From positions 96,001-160,000 of the IMG/VR virus record IMGVR_UViG_2061766007_000342: DNA of 64,000 bases; one strand, given 5' to 3'. The notes under the pieces are model-generated. The model was not told the DNA's origin and did not search any database. It saw only the letters and a program-made list of their open reading frames with translations. Of the stretch, positions 1 through 11,700 are shown in pieces. Each line of letters begins with the position of its first letter. The stretch's first letter is position 1. This stretch comes from a virus. Lineage: Duplodnaviria; Caudoviricetes. The position numbers and the translations under genes are program-made.

Positions 1-16
1 ATGATGAGGTGGTATC

Positions 17-547
17 ATGGCAAAGATTAACTTAGATCTTGATCCGAAGTCATTGAAGATTGAATCATTCCAAGAAGATGATAAAACCAAATACCGCGTG
101 ACACTTGCGATATCGGAAGATGAGAATAATACCATTACGATTGAAGATGATGGTTTATACTCTGAAGGAGATCCAGCAACGGTTGGTATGAAACTTGATG
201 TTCCACAAATTCATGGTGGTATTCGTGTTGGGTATTTTTCACAATGGAATACCAATCGTGAAAAACATAATGAAACACGCGTTTCATGTAATGGTATTGT
301 TCATCGCACATGGACCGCAGATGATGAATATGGTACCAACTTACGTGGAAAGAATGACAATGATGTATTTCGCGGTGTAACTGGTGCTCCTGAAGGTGAA
401 GAGAATCTTGATGTAATTTTACCCGGAGACTTTCTTCGTGTTCCTAAAGGTAATAATACATTTGATTATTACATCATCACTCAAGTTAATCAGAACGATC
501 GTATTCAAAGCGTCTCATTATTGATTACGAGAGGTGGTGGACACTGA
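17..547 (+). CDS. hypothetical protein, probably virion-associated
   Basis: 176-aa ORF with GAGGTGG SD; stop overlaps the next start; no recognisable family. Confidence 0.6.
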   Translation: MAKINLDLDPKSLKIESFQEDDKTKYRVTLAISEDENNTITIEDDGLYSEGDPATVGMKLDVPQIHGGIRVGYFSQWNTNREKHNETRVSCNGIVHRTWTADDEYGTNLRGKNDNDVFRGVTGAPEGEENLDVILPGDFLRVPKGNNTFDYYIITQVNQNDRIQSVSLLITRGGGH

Positions 548-942
548 TGAATGTTATCGGTAATTATACAATTAATATGCGATATGATCCGCGTGTATTG
601 GAACTTGTTGAAGTTGAATATACGACTGATCCTGGTAAAAAGCATAAAGGCTTTCAATTACGGTTATCCAAAAAGGATAACAATGGTTTACAATTCGACA
701 ATGAAGGACACTTGATTGCAATACCAAAGACTTCAGAAGATGCAGGTTATGCTGTATATTATCCAGGTAATGGTATTCAGTCCAATCCGGATTTAACTAC
801 ATATGATCCCATTCAAACCATTCGTTGTAATTCATCTGTATCACGTGTTAAGAGTGGTGATCCTTTACCGTCTAATGAAGGAGTAAATACATTTGATCTC
901 GTTCAAGAAATTCTTCATAGATTGGAGAGTGAACAAACGTGA
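547..942 (+). CDS. hypothetical protein
   Basis: 131-aa ORF translationally coupled on both sides. Confidence 0.6.
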   Translation: MNVIGNYTINMRYDPRVLELVEVEYTTDPGKKHKGFQLRLSKKDNNGLQFDNEGHLIAIPKTSEDAGYAVYYPGNGIQSNPDLTTYDPIQTIRCNSSVSRVKSGDPLPSNEGVNTFDLVQEILHRLESEQT

Positions 943-2015
943 CGATTCCCGCAATATGTTTTAATCTGTATGATGGATTATACTACACCAACGTTGAATC
1001 AGAACAAACTGAACCATCATTTGCACATAACCAAATCACAATATGGGCTCAAGAAACAGATTACTTGAAATTGACTGATACGGGCGTATGGGTTGGTGAT
1101 TTGAAAACAATCAAACAACCCGAACCGGATCCAGAACCAAGTGGTGATGATAATGAACAAACGAATGAATCATCGTCAGAAGAATCATCCAATAATGATT
1201 CAGAAGGTGAATATCCCGAATTAGGTATTGGTGAATTTGGTGGTGCTAATCCCAAGATTGCAAATTCCATATACACAATCAAATTCATCAATAAGAATGC
1301 AAAGTTTTATTCCATTGATGACCAAGACCATATCACACCATATCCATCTTCAAAAGAACAACCAAAGATTGGATACTGGTACACCATCATGGAAGAACGA
1401 GTGATTGATAATAAACGTTATGCACATTCATATGGCGGTTGGTGGTGTGAAGTTCCGTTGGATAAAGATACACCTGTAGAACCAGCGGAATTAATTCCAT
1501 TGAAAGGGTATGACGATTGGACAGTTAATCAGTTCAATTCTGTGACATCTATCAAAACAAATCCAGATGTTGTACAGCTTATTTATGCAATGGCAACACA
1601 TCGTATCATTGCACGTTCCAGTACAGGTGTATCTGAACACACCACTGTTGTCAAGAACAAAGTAGATATACTGAACGAATTGAATTGGTTATACAGACTT
1701 GGTATGACCAATCCGGTCACATATCATTTACGTAAGAATGAATTCTTGATGTTTATCACATATACAAATCATCAACCACCTGCATATGATTTGACTTCTG
1801 ATACATTTTCGGAATTAACAATGGATCATCGTCGCGAATCTTGTGAGAACTTAGAACGTAATCCAACTGATAATGCAACTGTGAATGCAATATTTATTAT
1901 CGAAGATATTACATACACAGATAATCAAATCGGTAAATTCCCAATTACAGATATCAAACTTAGATGTTTCTGGACAGATGGAACGATTGGTGAACCAAAT
2001 CAGTTATTACAATAA
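939..2015 (+). CDS. hypothetical protein with acidic P/E/S-rich linker
   Basis: 358-aa ORF; GTG start overlaps the upstream stop; PEPDPEPSGDD low-complexity tract. Confidence 0.6.
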   Translation: MTIPAICFNLYDGLYYTNVESEQTEPSFAHNQITIWAQETDYLKLTDTGVWVGDLKTIKQPEPDPEPSGDDNEQTNESSSEESSNNDSEGEYPELGIGEFGGANPKIANSIYTIKFINKNAKFYSIDDQDHITPYPSSKEQPKIGYWYTIMEERVIDNKRYAHSYGGWWCEVPLDKDTPVEPAELIPLKGYDDWTVNQFNSVTSIKTNPDVVQLIYAMATHRIIARSSTGVSEHTTVVKNKVDILNELNWLYRLGMTNPVTYHLRKNEFLMFITYTNHQPPAYDLTSDTFSELTMDHRRESCENLERNPTDNATVNAIFIIEDITYTDNQIGKFPITDIKLRCFWTDGTIGEPNQLLQ

Positions 2016-2035
2016 TAAAGGAGTGAGTATTCATC

Positions 2036-3328
2036 ATGAATATGAATATATCAGATTTTTTGTCATTGAATGATAAAACTTCAATCAATGATAATACAAG
2101 CCATGGTATTCATGGTCATGTCACGATTTATCGTCGTAACAAAACAACGGGTGAGAAGACATTCTGGTATGAGGATGATAATGTCATCTCCATCTCTGGT
2201 ATGCAAACAATCTTAATGAAGATTCTGAATTTACATCTGGATTCTTACCATTCAAATGATCGGTCTGATAATCGTGGACGTGATACCAATCTGGTGATTC
2301 CAGATTTGAATGAGAGTCTCGGTATTGGTACATCACCAACAAATTATACTACAATGGAAGAAGACATTGCTGCCGATTATTTCATCCAAGGATTTATGGT
2401 TGGTACTGGTGGTGATGGTGAGGATACCATCTCTGTTAAGAATACAAACTATTCGTTTGTCAATCTTCGTCGTCCAATACCATTCCAGCAATCCAATTCA
2501 CTGGATCCTTCTATTGCCGGTAAGTATTGTGGTGTATATCAACCGACCAATTCCTCAATCAAGAGTTATTACATCAAGAAATTTGATGAACTCCCACACA
2601 TCTATCATTCATGGTGGGTTGATGGTCAACGTTGGGATTACGTCGATCCGGTTGTTCCAGAGGATCTTGGTCCAAACTCCCAGAATGGTACCGGAAAGAC
2701 CAATCGTATTGAAACATATGCCGAATGCAAGTTAAGTATCGATGAATCCGATTGTAAGCAGTTCTTTGAGAATGCTGGTAATAACGAACCCGCAAAGCTG
2801 AGTGAACTTGGTTTGGTTGCATTCGATACAACGGTTGGTTCACGTGATACATTGGAACGTATGTATCAGCGTCAAGTAACAGAGATGCTGAATATCATTT
2901 ACAATGATTCACGTAGTTCTACAGCGGATAATGTTGTCAAAGCATATGCAGAGAATATCATCAACTTGATGACGGAAGCATTTTCAGAAACGTTTGGTGT
3001 TACCACCCAACCAAATCTGAATGAATTCCAAACAACATGTTCGGATATTGTTGGTACTGCAGGTGCATTGAATTACAACGTATTGAAGCTGGCATTCTCT
3101 AATGAGAATAATATTGGTGTAACTGCATACTACAATCAAGATGGTGATTATCAGTATGAGACTGATAAGTTTATGCTTTATCTGAATGATACATCAGATC
3201 AATCCATTGCAAAGCTTACGAATGCAGAAGCACAGCGTATCAAGTTGATCACATATTACACGTTCAATCCAATTCCATTGGAAGAGAACTGTGAAATCTT
3301 GATTGATTACAGATTATATGCAAATTAA
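2036..3328 (+). CDS. putative baseplate/tail-associated structural protein
   Basis: 430 aa; pattern HGHVTIY...NVI...GFMVGTGG...LSELGL...YYTF..I......I.YRLY resembles baseplate/tail-fibre attachment proteins (recognised by eye). Confidence 0.5.
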   Translation: MNMNISDFLSLNDKTSINDNTSHGIHGHVTIYRRNKTTGEKTFWYEDDNVISISGMQTILMKILNLHLDSYHSNDRSDNRGRDTNLVIPDLNESLGIGTSPTNYTTMEEDIAADYFIQGFMVGTGGDGEDTISVKNTNYSFVNLRRPIPFQQSNSLDPSIAGKYCGVYQPTNSSIKSYYIKKFDELPHIYHSWWVDGQRWDYVDPVVPEDLGPNSQNGTGKTNRIETYAECKLSIDESDCKQFFENAGNNEPAKLSELGLVAFDTTVGSRDTLERMYQRQVTEMLNIIYNDSRSSTADNVVKAYAENIINLMTEAFSETFGVTTQPNLNEFQTTCSDIVGTAGALNYNVLKLAFSNENNIGVTAYYNQDGDYQYETDKFMLYLNDTSDQSIAKLTNAEAQRIKLITYYTFNPIPLEENCEILIDYRLYAN

Positions 3329-3345
3329 TTCAATAAGGTGGTAAT

Positions 3346-3924
3346 ATGTCAGATATCAATCATGAAAATGTAAAAAAGATGGAGTCGGAATATTCCGACT
3401 CCACTCTTGCAAATGTTGCGAAAGCTGTTGGTTATGTAAATCATATTGGTTGGAAAACGGTTAAATTTACAATCAACAAAGAACCAAAACCTTCACAACG
3501 TCCACGTTTGTCTGGATATCGAGTATACGTTCCTGGAGCTGCAAAGAATACTGCATTCTTTTCTCGCGAAGTATTACCAACGCTTGGTGGATTATGGATT
3601 GATAAACCATGTAAAGTTAAAATGGATTTATACATACACACACCAGCTTCATTTACAAAAACACAAAAGTTGTTAGCAGAAATGAAAATTATTCGTCCAT
3701 GGGTACATTGTGGAGATCTTGATAATTACGAGAAAGAAGTATTAGACGGAATTGTTGGTAATAAGAAACGTGGTCACAAAGGATGCATGTTGGATGACTG
3801 TATCGTGATAGACATGGAGTCTCACAAGTATTATTCACAAACTCCAAGAACTGAAGTGATTATTACATTCATGGATAGAGTTCCCAAAGCAATCTATAAT
3901 GTAATGAAGTTCTATAAGGGATAA
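3346..3924 (+). CDS. rusA: RusA-family Holliday junction resolvase
   Basis: PKPSQRPR near the N-terminus, GDLDNYEKEVLDG, DDCIVID and KYYSQTPRTEV match the RusA motif pattern. Confidence 0.85.
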   Translation: MSDINHENVKKMESEYSDSTLANVAKAVGYVNHIGWKTVKFTINKEPKPSQRPRLSGYRVYVPGAAKNTAFFSREVLPTLGGLWIDKPCKVKMDLYIHTPASFTKTQKLLAEMKIIRPWVHCGDLDNYEKEVLDGIVGNKKRGHKGCMLDDCIVIDMESHKYYSQTPRTEVIITFMDRVPKAIYNVMKFYKG

Positions 3925-4021
3925 GAGACTCAATCATAAGGGGATTTTGTGCAACTTGGACTGGTCTCCACATGTTGTATGAATTCTTGAACTTATAAAA
4001 TACACAAGGAGTTGATTATAA

Positions 4022-5830
4022 ATGGCTGATAATGAGCTGATGAAAAATGGCTTAGTTAATAAAGCGATTGAAAAAGCTGGTATTGATCCGCCTGATGCGG
4101 AAGAAATTGCGAAAGCTGGTGTTCTTGGTAAAGGTACATTTGACAGGACGATCAACAAATTCATCAAAGGTGCTAAAGGAAATACTTCCGTCATTGGTAT
4201 GGCAACGAAGAATACGTTTGAATTCCCCGTATTCGTATCTTCATCCGTACCACTTGATTATGCAGAATCAACATGTGAAATTCTCGAACAGGTTTATGCA
4301 TCATATATTCAGATGGCAATCTCCATGAATCCGATTGTTGATGCGCGTGATCTGAAGAAGGGTGGTTTCTTAAGTAACTTTAAAACGAACACCACCAAGT
4401 ATCTTGAGTATGCAGAGGAACCATATGAGTTTGATTCGTGTCATAATGAGATTCGTGTCGACGATACCATTTGTGAATTTGATATGATGTCAATTGAAGA
4501 TGACGATGCAAGAGTGATTAATGAATTCTGCTCTTATGAACCGTTGTCTGAATTCGATCATTTCTTCAACGAAGCTGCATCAAATGGAAATGTTCATAAT
4601 AATATTGTTGGTAAAGACGGATTGTCTGAAAAGCAATATATGGATGTATTTGCTCCAGGTGGCTCCCAAAATCAACAACAATTTGCAAGAGCACATGAAG
4701 GCTGGCTGAGATATCAGCGTCTTCTTAATGAAGTAAAACAAGATGCAGCTGATTCGAAACTTACTGAAAAGCAAAGAGATACGTTTCAAAAGCAAATTGA
4801 TAACTTCGAAAAGAGTATTGAAAAAGCCAATGAAGAGATCAAGAAACTTAAGGATGAAAATGTAATCGCTCCGAATCCGTTGGATCTGGATACTGATAAA
4901 CTCACTGTACATCAGAAGAAAACATTCGCTGATGCAGAGAAGGCACTGCTTGACTTGGAAAAAGCTGAAGCTGATATTGGCAAGGATAAGCTTGGTAAAT
5001 CATATGGCGACGAAGTTGCTGCACGTCGTCTCAAGGCAAGTGCGGAAGCGAATCTGAAACAGACTGAACTCAACCTTGCAGCAGAGCGTCTTCAGCGTGA
5101 ACGTAATAAAGATGCACGTGAAAGAACATTGATCAAGGGTCCAGAAATCATGGATGAGTCTAAGATCAACAAGCTCAATTCCATGAAGCCATTGATGATG
5201 CGTGTTCAGCTTCGTGTTCAATCGAGAACAGGTCAAATTACAGAGTATCCTGTAGAGTTGATTTGTGGTGTTAAAGTACATTGTCGTGTCGTTGATGCTA
5301 ATGTACTTCCGGAAGTTGCAAAGTTCCCCATTAAGGATATGAATCCATTGACCAGAAAGGTTAAGTGGAGAGCCGGTGAGTTAAAGTTCTTCAAGGATCT
5401 GTTATTCAATATCAAGGAGAAGAAACAATCCGCAATTGATGCACGTGATCCATCCAAGAAATGGTATCGTCGTTTGTATGCATTAGCTCATCAGAAGGGT
5501 GATTCTTTTGTAAGTAAAAATATCTCCGGTAATCCACGTACTGGATTAATTCCAAATGCATCCATTATCATGACACAGAATGATGTTGAAATGATTAAAT
5601 CTGAAACGGAGATTGATTTGTTGAAGGGTTCAACCGGTTGCAAACTGTGTCGTGAAATGTTCTTGATGGCACTTGTTGTTATTGATCAAGATCGTGAGTC
5701 TGTTAAGTTATTAATTCCGGATCTCGGTAATGATTATGATGTTAAGTCAATTGCATCCATCAACAAGAAGATTGCTGAGTTGAGTACCGCTGGTGCAAAG
5801 ACTCGTGATATCTTTAAGCTGTTGGGTTAA
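4022..5830 (+). CDS. putative virion (internal head) protein with central coiled coil
   Basis: 602 aa, coiled-coil middle, FFNEA candidate maturation site; AAGGAG SD. Confidence 0.5.
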   Translation: MADNELMKNGLVNKAIEKAGIDPPDAEEIAKAGVLGKGTFDRTINKFIKGAKGNTSVIGMATKNTFEFPVFVSSSVPLDYAESTCEILEQVYASYIQMAISMNPIVDARDLKKGGFLSNFKTNTTKYLEYAEEPYEFDSCHNEIRVDDTICEFDMMSIEDDDARVINEFCSYEPLSEFDHFFNEAASNGNVHNNIVGKDGLSEKQYMDVFAPGGSQNQQQFARAHEGWLRYQRLLNEVKQDAADSKLTEKQRDTFQKQIDNFEKSIEKANEEIKKLKDENVIAPNPLDLDTDKLTVHQKKTFADAEKALLDLEKAEADIGKDKLGKSYGDEVAARRLKASAEANLKQTELNLAAERLQRERNKDARERTLIKGPEIMDESKINKLNSMKPLMMRVQLRVQSRTGQITEYPVELICGVKVHCRVVDANVLPEVAKFPIKDMNPLTRKVKWRAGELKFFKDLLFNIKEKKQSAIDARDPSKKWYRRLYALAHQKGDSFVSKNISGNPRTGLIPNASIIMTQNDVEMIKSETEIDLLKGSTGCKLCREMFLMALVVIDQDRESVKLLIPDLGNDYDVKSIASINKKIAELSTAGAKTRDIFKLLG

Positions 5831-5857
5831 TCATAATACGAAAGTTGGTGAATTATA

Positions 5858-6886
5858 ATGTCATTGTTAAATAAAACAGAAAAAGATGTTGACAATAAAG
5901 TCATGTCGATTATTGTCGAACTTGATCATATTTACGGCAACAAGAGTACCGATGAGTACAAGATGCATGGCGATATCACTCGTGCTAAAGTGTATTCCGG
6001 TATTGAGAATATGCTTGCAAATTTATCTCAGCTTAAAACATTCCCAAAGAAGGATGCTGCTGAGCTAAAGAATATGTTCAATGCATTACATCGTCCCATT
6101 TATAAGCAGATGGTGGCGGAATTTCTTCATAAACATAATGAACGTAATTCTATATTCACAGCATTGTTTACCTGTGGATATCGTGTGTTGGTTGCTGAAT
6201 TGTCACGTATTTTTGCATCAACGGTTGCAACAGAAAAGGGTCTTGTATATAAACCTGATCGTATTTCTCGTAATGCAAATGCTGCAAAATTCATCAAAGC
6301 ATTTAATGTAAATCTGGATAAACAGGTTGATGATTATATCAGATCCAGTCATAAGAAGTCTGAACTGCAGATCAAGCAGGAAGCTTATGTCTACCAAGAA
6401 GCTGGTGTACTTGGTACAATTGCTGCGAATGTTGCTGGATGGATTACCAGTAATGAAGTTATTGCATTCTTAACAGACCTGAATGGTTTGTTGGATGAGA
6501 TCTTTGGTAAGTATAATCAGTTCAATCCAATCTCTTATATGAATTATGTGTTGACTGATCATTATGATAAGAATGTTGCTGCATTCTATGCAACCAAGGA
6601 TCTGTATGAAGAAACCTTGAAAGCATATCAAGAGTATATGAAGCTTCCTTCGCTGGATCGTCGTTCCAAGATTGAATCCAAGTACATGAAGAACTTGAAG
6701 AAGTATAACATCAAAATGGATAATCTCCGTGCTAAGATTGCACACTATGATTCACGTGCACAAGTTGAAGCCAAGGAGAATGCTAAGAATATTACTTCTT
6801 CTCCATCAACAACATCAACAACATCAACTGATAATACCAACACTTCTGGTGGTGGTAATGATTCGGATAACGATCTCGATTGGTAA
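5858..6886 (+). CDS. putative virion protein
   Basis: 342 aa, IKQEAY and VYQEAG motifs, S/T-rich tail, followed by a hairpin. Confidence 0.5.
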   Translation: MSLLNKTEKDVDNKVMSIIVELDHIYGNKSTDEYKMHGDITRAKVYSGIENMLANLSQLKTFPKKDAAELKNMFNALHRPIYKQMVAEFLHKHNERNSIFTALFTCGYRVLVAELSRIFASTVATEKGLVYKPDRISRNANAAKFIKAFNVNLDKQVDDYIRSSHKKSELQIKQEAYVYQEAGVLGTIAANVAGWITSNEVIAFLTDLNGLLDEIFGKYNQFNPISYMNYVLTDHYDKNVAAFYATKDLYEETLKAYQEYMKLPSLDRRSKIESKYMKNLKKYNIKMDNLRAKIAHYDSRAQVEAKENAKNITSSPSTTSTTSTDNTNTSGGGNDSDNDLDW

Positions 6887-6893
6887 TATGATT

Positions 6894-6917
6894 GTGTGGG
6901 GCTATATAGCCCCACAC
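6894..6917 (+). terminator. GC-rich palindromic hairpin
   Basis: gtgtggggctatatagccccacac, a perfect inverted repeat just after a stop codon. Confidence 0.7.
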
Positions 6918-6999
6918 TTTACATCTTTTTTATATGAACAAATCTATATATTTACTTCGGAATGGTAATATAATATCATAGAAAGGTAGGTGATAACAA

Positions 7000-7413
7000 T
7001 TGATGCTTCCATATCGAGAATATATCGAAATATTGTGTGTGGGATTATTACAATATTACAAGACATTCAAACATATTACTGACGATGACTTTCACAAAGA
7101 AGAACGCATTATCATGCAATTTGCAAATGAAATGATTGATGAATTAAATACAAGATTTCCATATTCTAAGGGAAGTATTCATTCAATTGGTTTATTTGAA
7201 ATTCCATATGAAGTTATTTCAACTGAGATTGATGATTTACAAGGTGTCGCATTTGGTACAGAGTATATCCAACTATTAGTAAAGTTCATTTCTATGATGA
7301 ACTGGAAAGTTCCGAATGCTTATATTATATTATCAATCAATGTCATACCATTTGATGGATTGACCATTACACACGGAATGATCATTCATTATTTTGATAT
7401 ATTTTATAAATGA
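7000..7413 (+). CDS. hypothetical protein
   Basis: 137-aa ORF with AGGTAGGTG SD. Confidence 0.55.
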   Translation: MMLPYREYIEILCVGLLQYYKTFKHITDDDFHKEERIIMQFANEMIDELNTRFPYSKGSIHSIGLFEIPYEVISTEIDDLQGVAFGTEYIQLLVKFISMMNWKVPNAYIILSINVIPFDGLTITHGMIIHYFDIFYK

Positions 7414-7483
7414 TGCCGTTAATATAACATTGATTCTAATACAAATGTCCAAGCATTCTCTATGATAACAATCTAAAATCAAA

Positions 7484-7687
7484 ATGGTGGTGAATCAAAT
7501 GTTTAATATTTCTATTCTGGATGAGAATCACAAACACGTCGGCGATCTAATGACAGCTTCTATTGAAGAGATAAAGCGATTACTGGATAAAGGAATGATT
7601 GTCATCAATCAAATGGATCATACTGAAATCACACATGAAACATTAATGAACATGACCGGTGTTTCAGATGGTATGATCCAAATGTAA
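7484..7687 (+). CDS. small hypothetical protein (likely start ATG 7499)
   Basis: GGTGGTG SD in front of the internal ATG. Confidence 0.5.
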   Translation: MVVNQMFNISILDENHKHVGDLMTASIEEIKRLLDKGMIVINQMDHTEITHETLMNMTGVSDGMIQM

Positions 7688-7809
7688 TATCATTTCAATA
7701 CGGCATCATGATTTTTCTTTTATTACACATACATATTGTTTTGGTGTATGAGGCATCACCAGCAATGTGATGTTTACATATAAAAATTACATTAAGGAGG
7801 TAATCAGAT

Positions 7810-8253
7810 ATGATTACGACAAAGGGACATTCCATCGCAGCTGTATGCGAATGGGCAAACAAGGCAGTCAACAACAAGAACGGTGACACTGCAGAGATCC
7901 AGACTGCATTCCGTGAGACTCTGAAGAAGGGTATCAAGCGTGCCGGATATCCGTCTTGTGAAGCAGAACTCGGTATCATTGATGAGATCAGTGATTTCGA
8001 TGTAACTCCGATGGCAGAGCAGCTTCCGAATGTGATCATGAAGTACATGCAGGATGAGAGCCGTGCAATCAATCTTCCGGCACCTGACGGCAACACCGCA
8101 CCTGCAACACTGAAGATGATTCATCGTGAAGAGAAGACTCGTACTGGTATCATTCAGATGGGTGAGCACAAGGGTGAAGAGTATTCTTCCACAACTGCTG
8201 CGCATGATGAGTATGCACTGAAGCAGCATACTGATGAATTCAAGAAGAACTAA
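7810..8253 (+). CDS. possible HU/IHF-like DNA-binding protein, probably highly expressed
   Basis: Perfect AAGGAGGT SD and strong codon bias; C-terminal TLKMIHREEKTRTG...GEEY...AAHDEYALK resembles the HU beta-arm. Confidence 0.45.
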   Translation: MITTKGHSIAAVCEWANKAVNNKNGDTAEIQTAFRETLKKGIKRAGYPSCEAELGIIDEISDFDVTPMAEQLPNVIMKYMQDESRAINLPAPDGNTAPATLKMIHREEKTRTGIIQMGEHKGEEYSSTTAAHDEYALKQHTDEFKKN

Positions 8254-8266
8254 TCATGTATAATGG

Positions 8267-8303
8267 ATATCCCCCGCATATGCGGGGGATATGTTTTTTT
8301 TTA
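8267..8303 (+). terminator. intrinsic terminator between convergent genes
   Basis: atatcccccgcatatgcgggggatat palindrome followed by a long T run. Confidence 0.85.
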
Positions 8304-8549
8304 TTTTTTGTAAATGATACGACGCAAATGATCGATGAATTCATTCAAATGATATGTATCATATGATGTTAATTCATCCAGTTGATCTGGTGTAAGAGTA
8401 ACCCATAACTGAGTTTTACAAGCTTCATATAGAATTTGTTCATTACGTTCTTTGGATAACAATGGATTGTAAATCACCGTATTTAATGCGGTTGGTACTC
8501 CGGTAATGTCATCAATACAGATGAATCGTTTGTCACTGGCTGTCAGCAT
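8301..8549 (-). CDS. hypothetical protein
   Basis: 82-aa ORF, AGAAGG SD, overlaps the upstream zinc-ribbon ORF. Confidence 0.5.
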   Translation of the reverse strand: MLTASDKRFICIDDITGVPTALNTVIYNPLLSKERNEQILYEACKTQLWVTLTPDQLDELTSYDTYHLNEFIDHLRRIIYKK

Positions 8550-8703
8550 GGGTTATACCTTCTTTCGTTTTATATTGTTCTTGAGACTTGCTTATAACTT
8601 CCGATATGATTGGAATCGGAGTTACTAACGGTTTACAGAATTCACACTTTTCACCAATATCCAACGTTGCGCCACAAGTTGGACAGATTTCATAATCGTA
8701 CAT
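8533..8703 (-). CDS. small zinc-ribbon protein (56 aa, not in the ORF track)
   Basis: Hand translation begins MYDYEICPTCGATLDIGEKCEFCKP, with two CxxC pairs; GCGAGG SD. Confidence 0.65.
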   Translation of the reverse strand: MYDYEICPTCGATLDIGEKCEFCKPLVTPIPIISEVISKSQEQYKTKEGITHADSQ

Positions 8704-8744
8704 AAACAAAACCTCGCTTTCATAATATCATTTTATTTTAGGAG

Positions 8745-11700
8745 ATGATTAAATTGGCATTGAATATTGATTCAGTTCAGAATTATGCGGTCGTTCCACA
8801 ACGTATTCGTCTTCCACAAGACAAAGAAGGAAGTGTTGTTTTCTTAATGACAGATTCCTTCGAATACGATATTGAATTGATCAAACAAATTCCACAACCA
8901 AAGATGGATTACAAAACGTTTGCATATCCGTATCGTTTAATGACAAAGATTGGTGGTCGTCCATTGCGATACTTAATTATGCAGAATGAATACATCAAAA
9001 AAGTTAACTACGTGAACTTACAGAATCAAAAGTTACAACCACGTTTAACAATGTTAACATATCCATATCCAACCACAGTCAAGCAGAATATATACGTGTC
9101 CATGAGTGATTTGTGTAAACGAGTCAATGAACGTTTACATGGGTTAAGCACCACGTATCTGAAACAAGCATTCTCCCAAATCTTTGGTGATATCTTCCGT
9201 CCATTTTCCTTTGGATTAAAGAAGAAAACAATCGTCATCGATACAAAGCGTTATAAGATTTACAAAGATCCAAAGTTAGAAATGTTAAAATATGACTTGA
9301 TCAATGGTTTATTGGCAACTTATCTGATATTGGACGAGACACGTCGTCCACATTTGGATTATGTATTGATATTCAAGACACCGGATGCAGATTTCAAGTT
9401 TGATTTGAAATTGTTTAATATGTCTGATATTCCACGTTTACGAGCAATGCTTAACAAGTTTGGTGTGGAATCTCTGATCAAGGATGAAGAAGAAACGACT
9501 CCATCCAATGACGAAGATGAAACATCAAATGAAGAAACCTCTGATGAAGAGAAAGCAAATATCGTTGCAGCAAATGCAGTTGAAGATAAGAAAGAAACAA
9601 CAGAACTTCGACATGATGATGGTGTCAAGATTACAGAAAAGACAATGGAACTTCAGAAGTTACAGATGTCTCATCAATCTGTCATTAAATCCTTACAAGC
9701 TTCCATTGATAAGATTTCTTTATCTAAGAAAAGCAACGACACTGGTATGGAAGATACCAATGATACATTGGATCAATCTAAGAACAATCAACAGCAATTG
9801 TATGATGCCAAAGCATTCGATATCAATGCTTCGTTGATGCAAAAGATTAATCTGAATCCGGTTACGAACAATGAGAAACTGGTAAATGATATCACACCCG
9901 ATAATGCAAATCCAGTTGAAAAACAAATCATTCAGCAAGCAGCCAAGAAGCTTGGTAACGATGTTACCGCACCAAATATTGAAGATGTCAATCGTACCAT
10001 TACCAATCCACGTGAAGAAAAGCTTCGTAACCAAATTGGTCAATTGAAGTTGAATAATGTTACATTCGACAAATTGACATCCGTCAATGATGTACCGAAA
10101 CCAAAAGCAATAAAACCATTACACTTAACAACCACATCTCGTCCGGCATTACGTGCAACTGGATTTACAAATATCGCAAAAGAATATGAAGAAAAGTTGT
10201 TGGATCGTGATATTGTCGCAACATTGATGAACTTATCCAAACCAACTGATGGATTCTATGTAACGAATGTTGAAGTTACTGATATTTCCACATGTGTTAG
10301 CTTATTAAATAACTGGAAAGTTTCATTGAAGAATAAACAATCCGGATTAACTTCAACTGTCAACATTGTTGTTCCACAGCTGAAGAATGGTCGTTACTTC
10401 TATAATGGAACATGGTATTCCATTGACAAGCAAGACTTTCCGATCCCAGTATTAAAGATTGATTCCAAGACTGTCATGATCACTTCTAACTACAATAAGA
10501 TTACAGTTGCTCGATATGATACAAAGTCATTGATTGATGTAACTGCAATGCTCAAGACAGTCAATAAGTTGGAAGATGAAACTGGTAAGAATCGTTATGT
10601 ACGTCCTGGTTCATCTGTGAATGCGAACTCACATTACATGTCCACAATTGAATATGATGAATATGCAAAGGTTTGGTATTCTTTTACCATTCGTGAAAAG
10701 AACTGTGAAATTGTCTTTAACAGAAATGATTGCTTGAAGATGTGGCAGTTTGTTGCAGTCAAGGATAATGAGTTCTGTTGTGGTATGATTGATAATGTAC
10801 CGATTGTATTGAATACAGAAACTGGATTGACACGTCGTGGTATTACATTAACCGAAACCATTCTGGAAGTATTACCACCAGAAGTACAACAGACTTACAT
10901 CAAGATGAAGCCCGGCAAGACAGCTATGTATTCTACCATTCGTATCGGAGGTACTGTACCGTTGGGTGTTGCGATTGCAGCATGGGAAGGCTTGTCTTCA
11001 TTATTGAAGCAATCCCGTTGTAAGTACCAATTCGTCGATTCTAAATTCCGTGACCCACATTACATTATGATTCCATTCAAGAATAAGTCATTGGCAATTG
11101 AGAATCATATCGGAAACCAATTGTTGTTCAATGGCTTTTATCGTATCAATACCAAAGCATACAATATTGAAGATTTCGAAACACCGATCATGGAATCCAA
11201 TTCCGTGTTTGTTGATATCTTTAATCAGTTATTTTTCTCACAATATTCCCAGTTAACAACATTCATTACCTATTACAACTTCTTTATGGATGCCATCACA
11301 TATGATGTATGTAATCATTACAACTTACCAAACACATTGGTTGGTTTATTGATTTATTCATCGAATTTGTTGATGGACAACTCTGCCATGAGTGAAAGTA
11401 ATGCTTCGTTGTATCGAATTCGTTCTTCTGAGATTATACCGGCAATGATTCATTATCACTTGGCGGTTGCAATGTCGAACTTTAACAACCGTACTGGATC
11501 ACGTGCACGTGCCAACAAGCTTACATTTAATCCAAATTGTATCATGAAGGAATTGACTGATACACAAACGATCAAGACATTAACAGCATTGAATCCAATG
11601 GTGGAATTACACGCACGTGAAACTGTATCCAAGAAGGGATTCCGTGGTGTCAATAATGATCGTGCATTTACCGAAGCACGACGTTCATTTGATGAAACGA

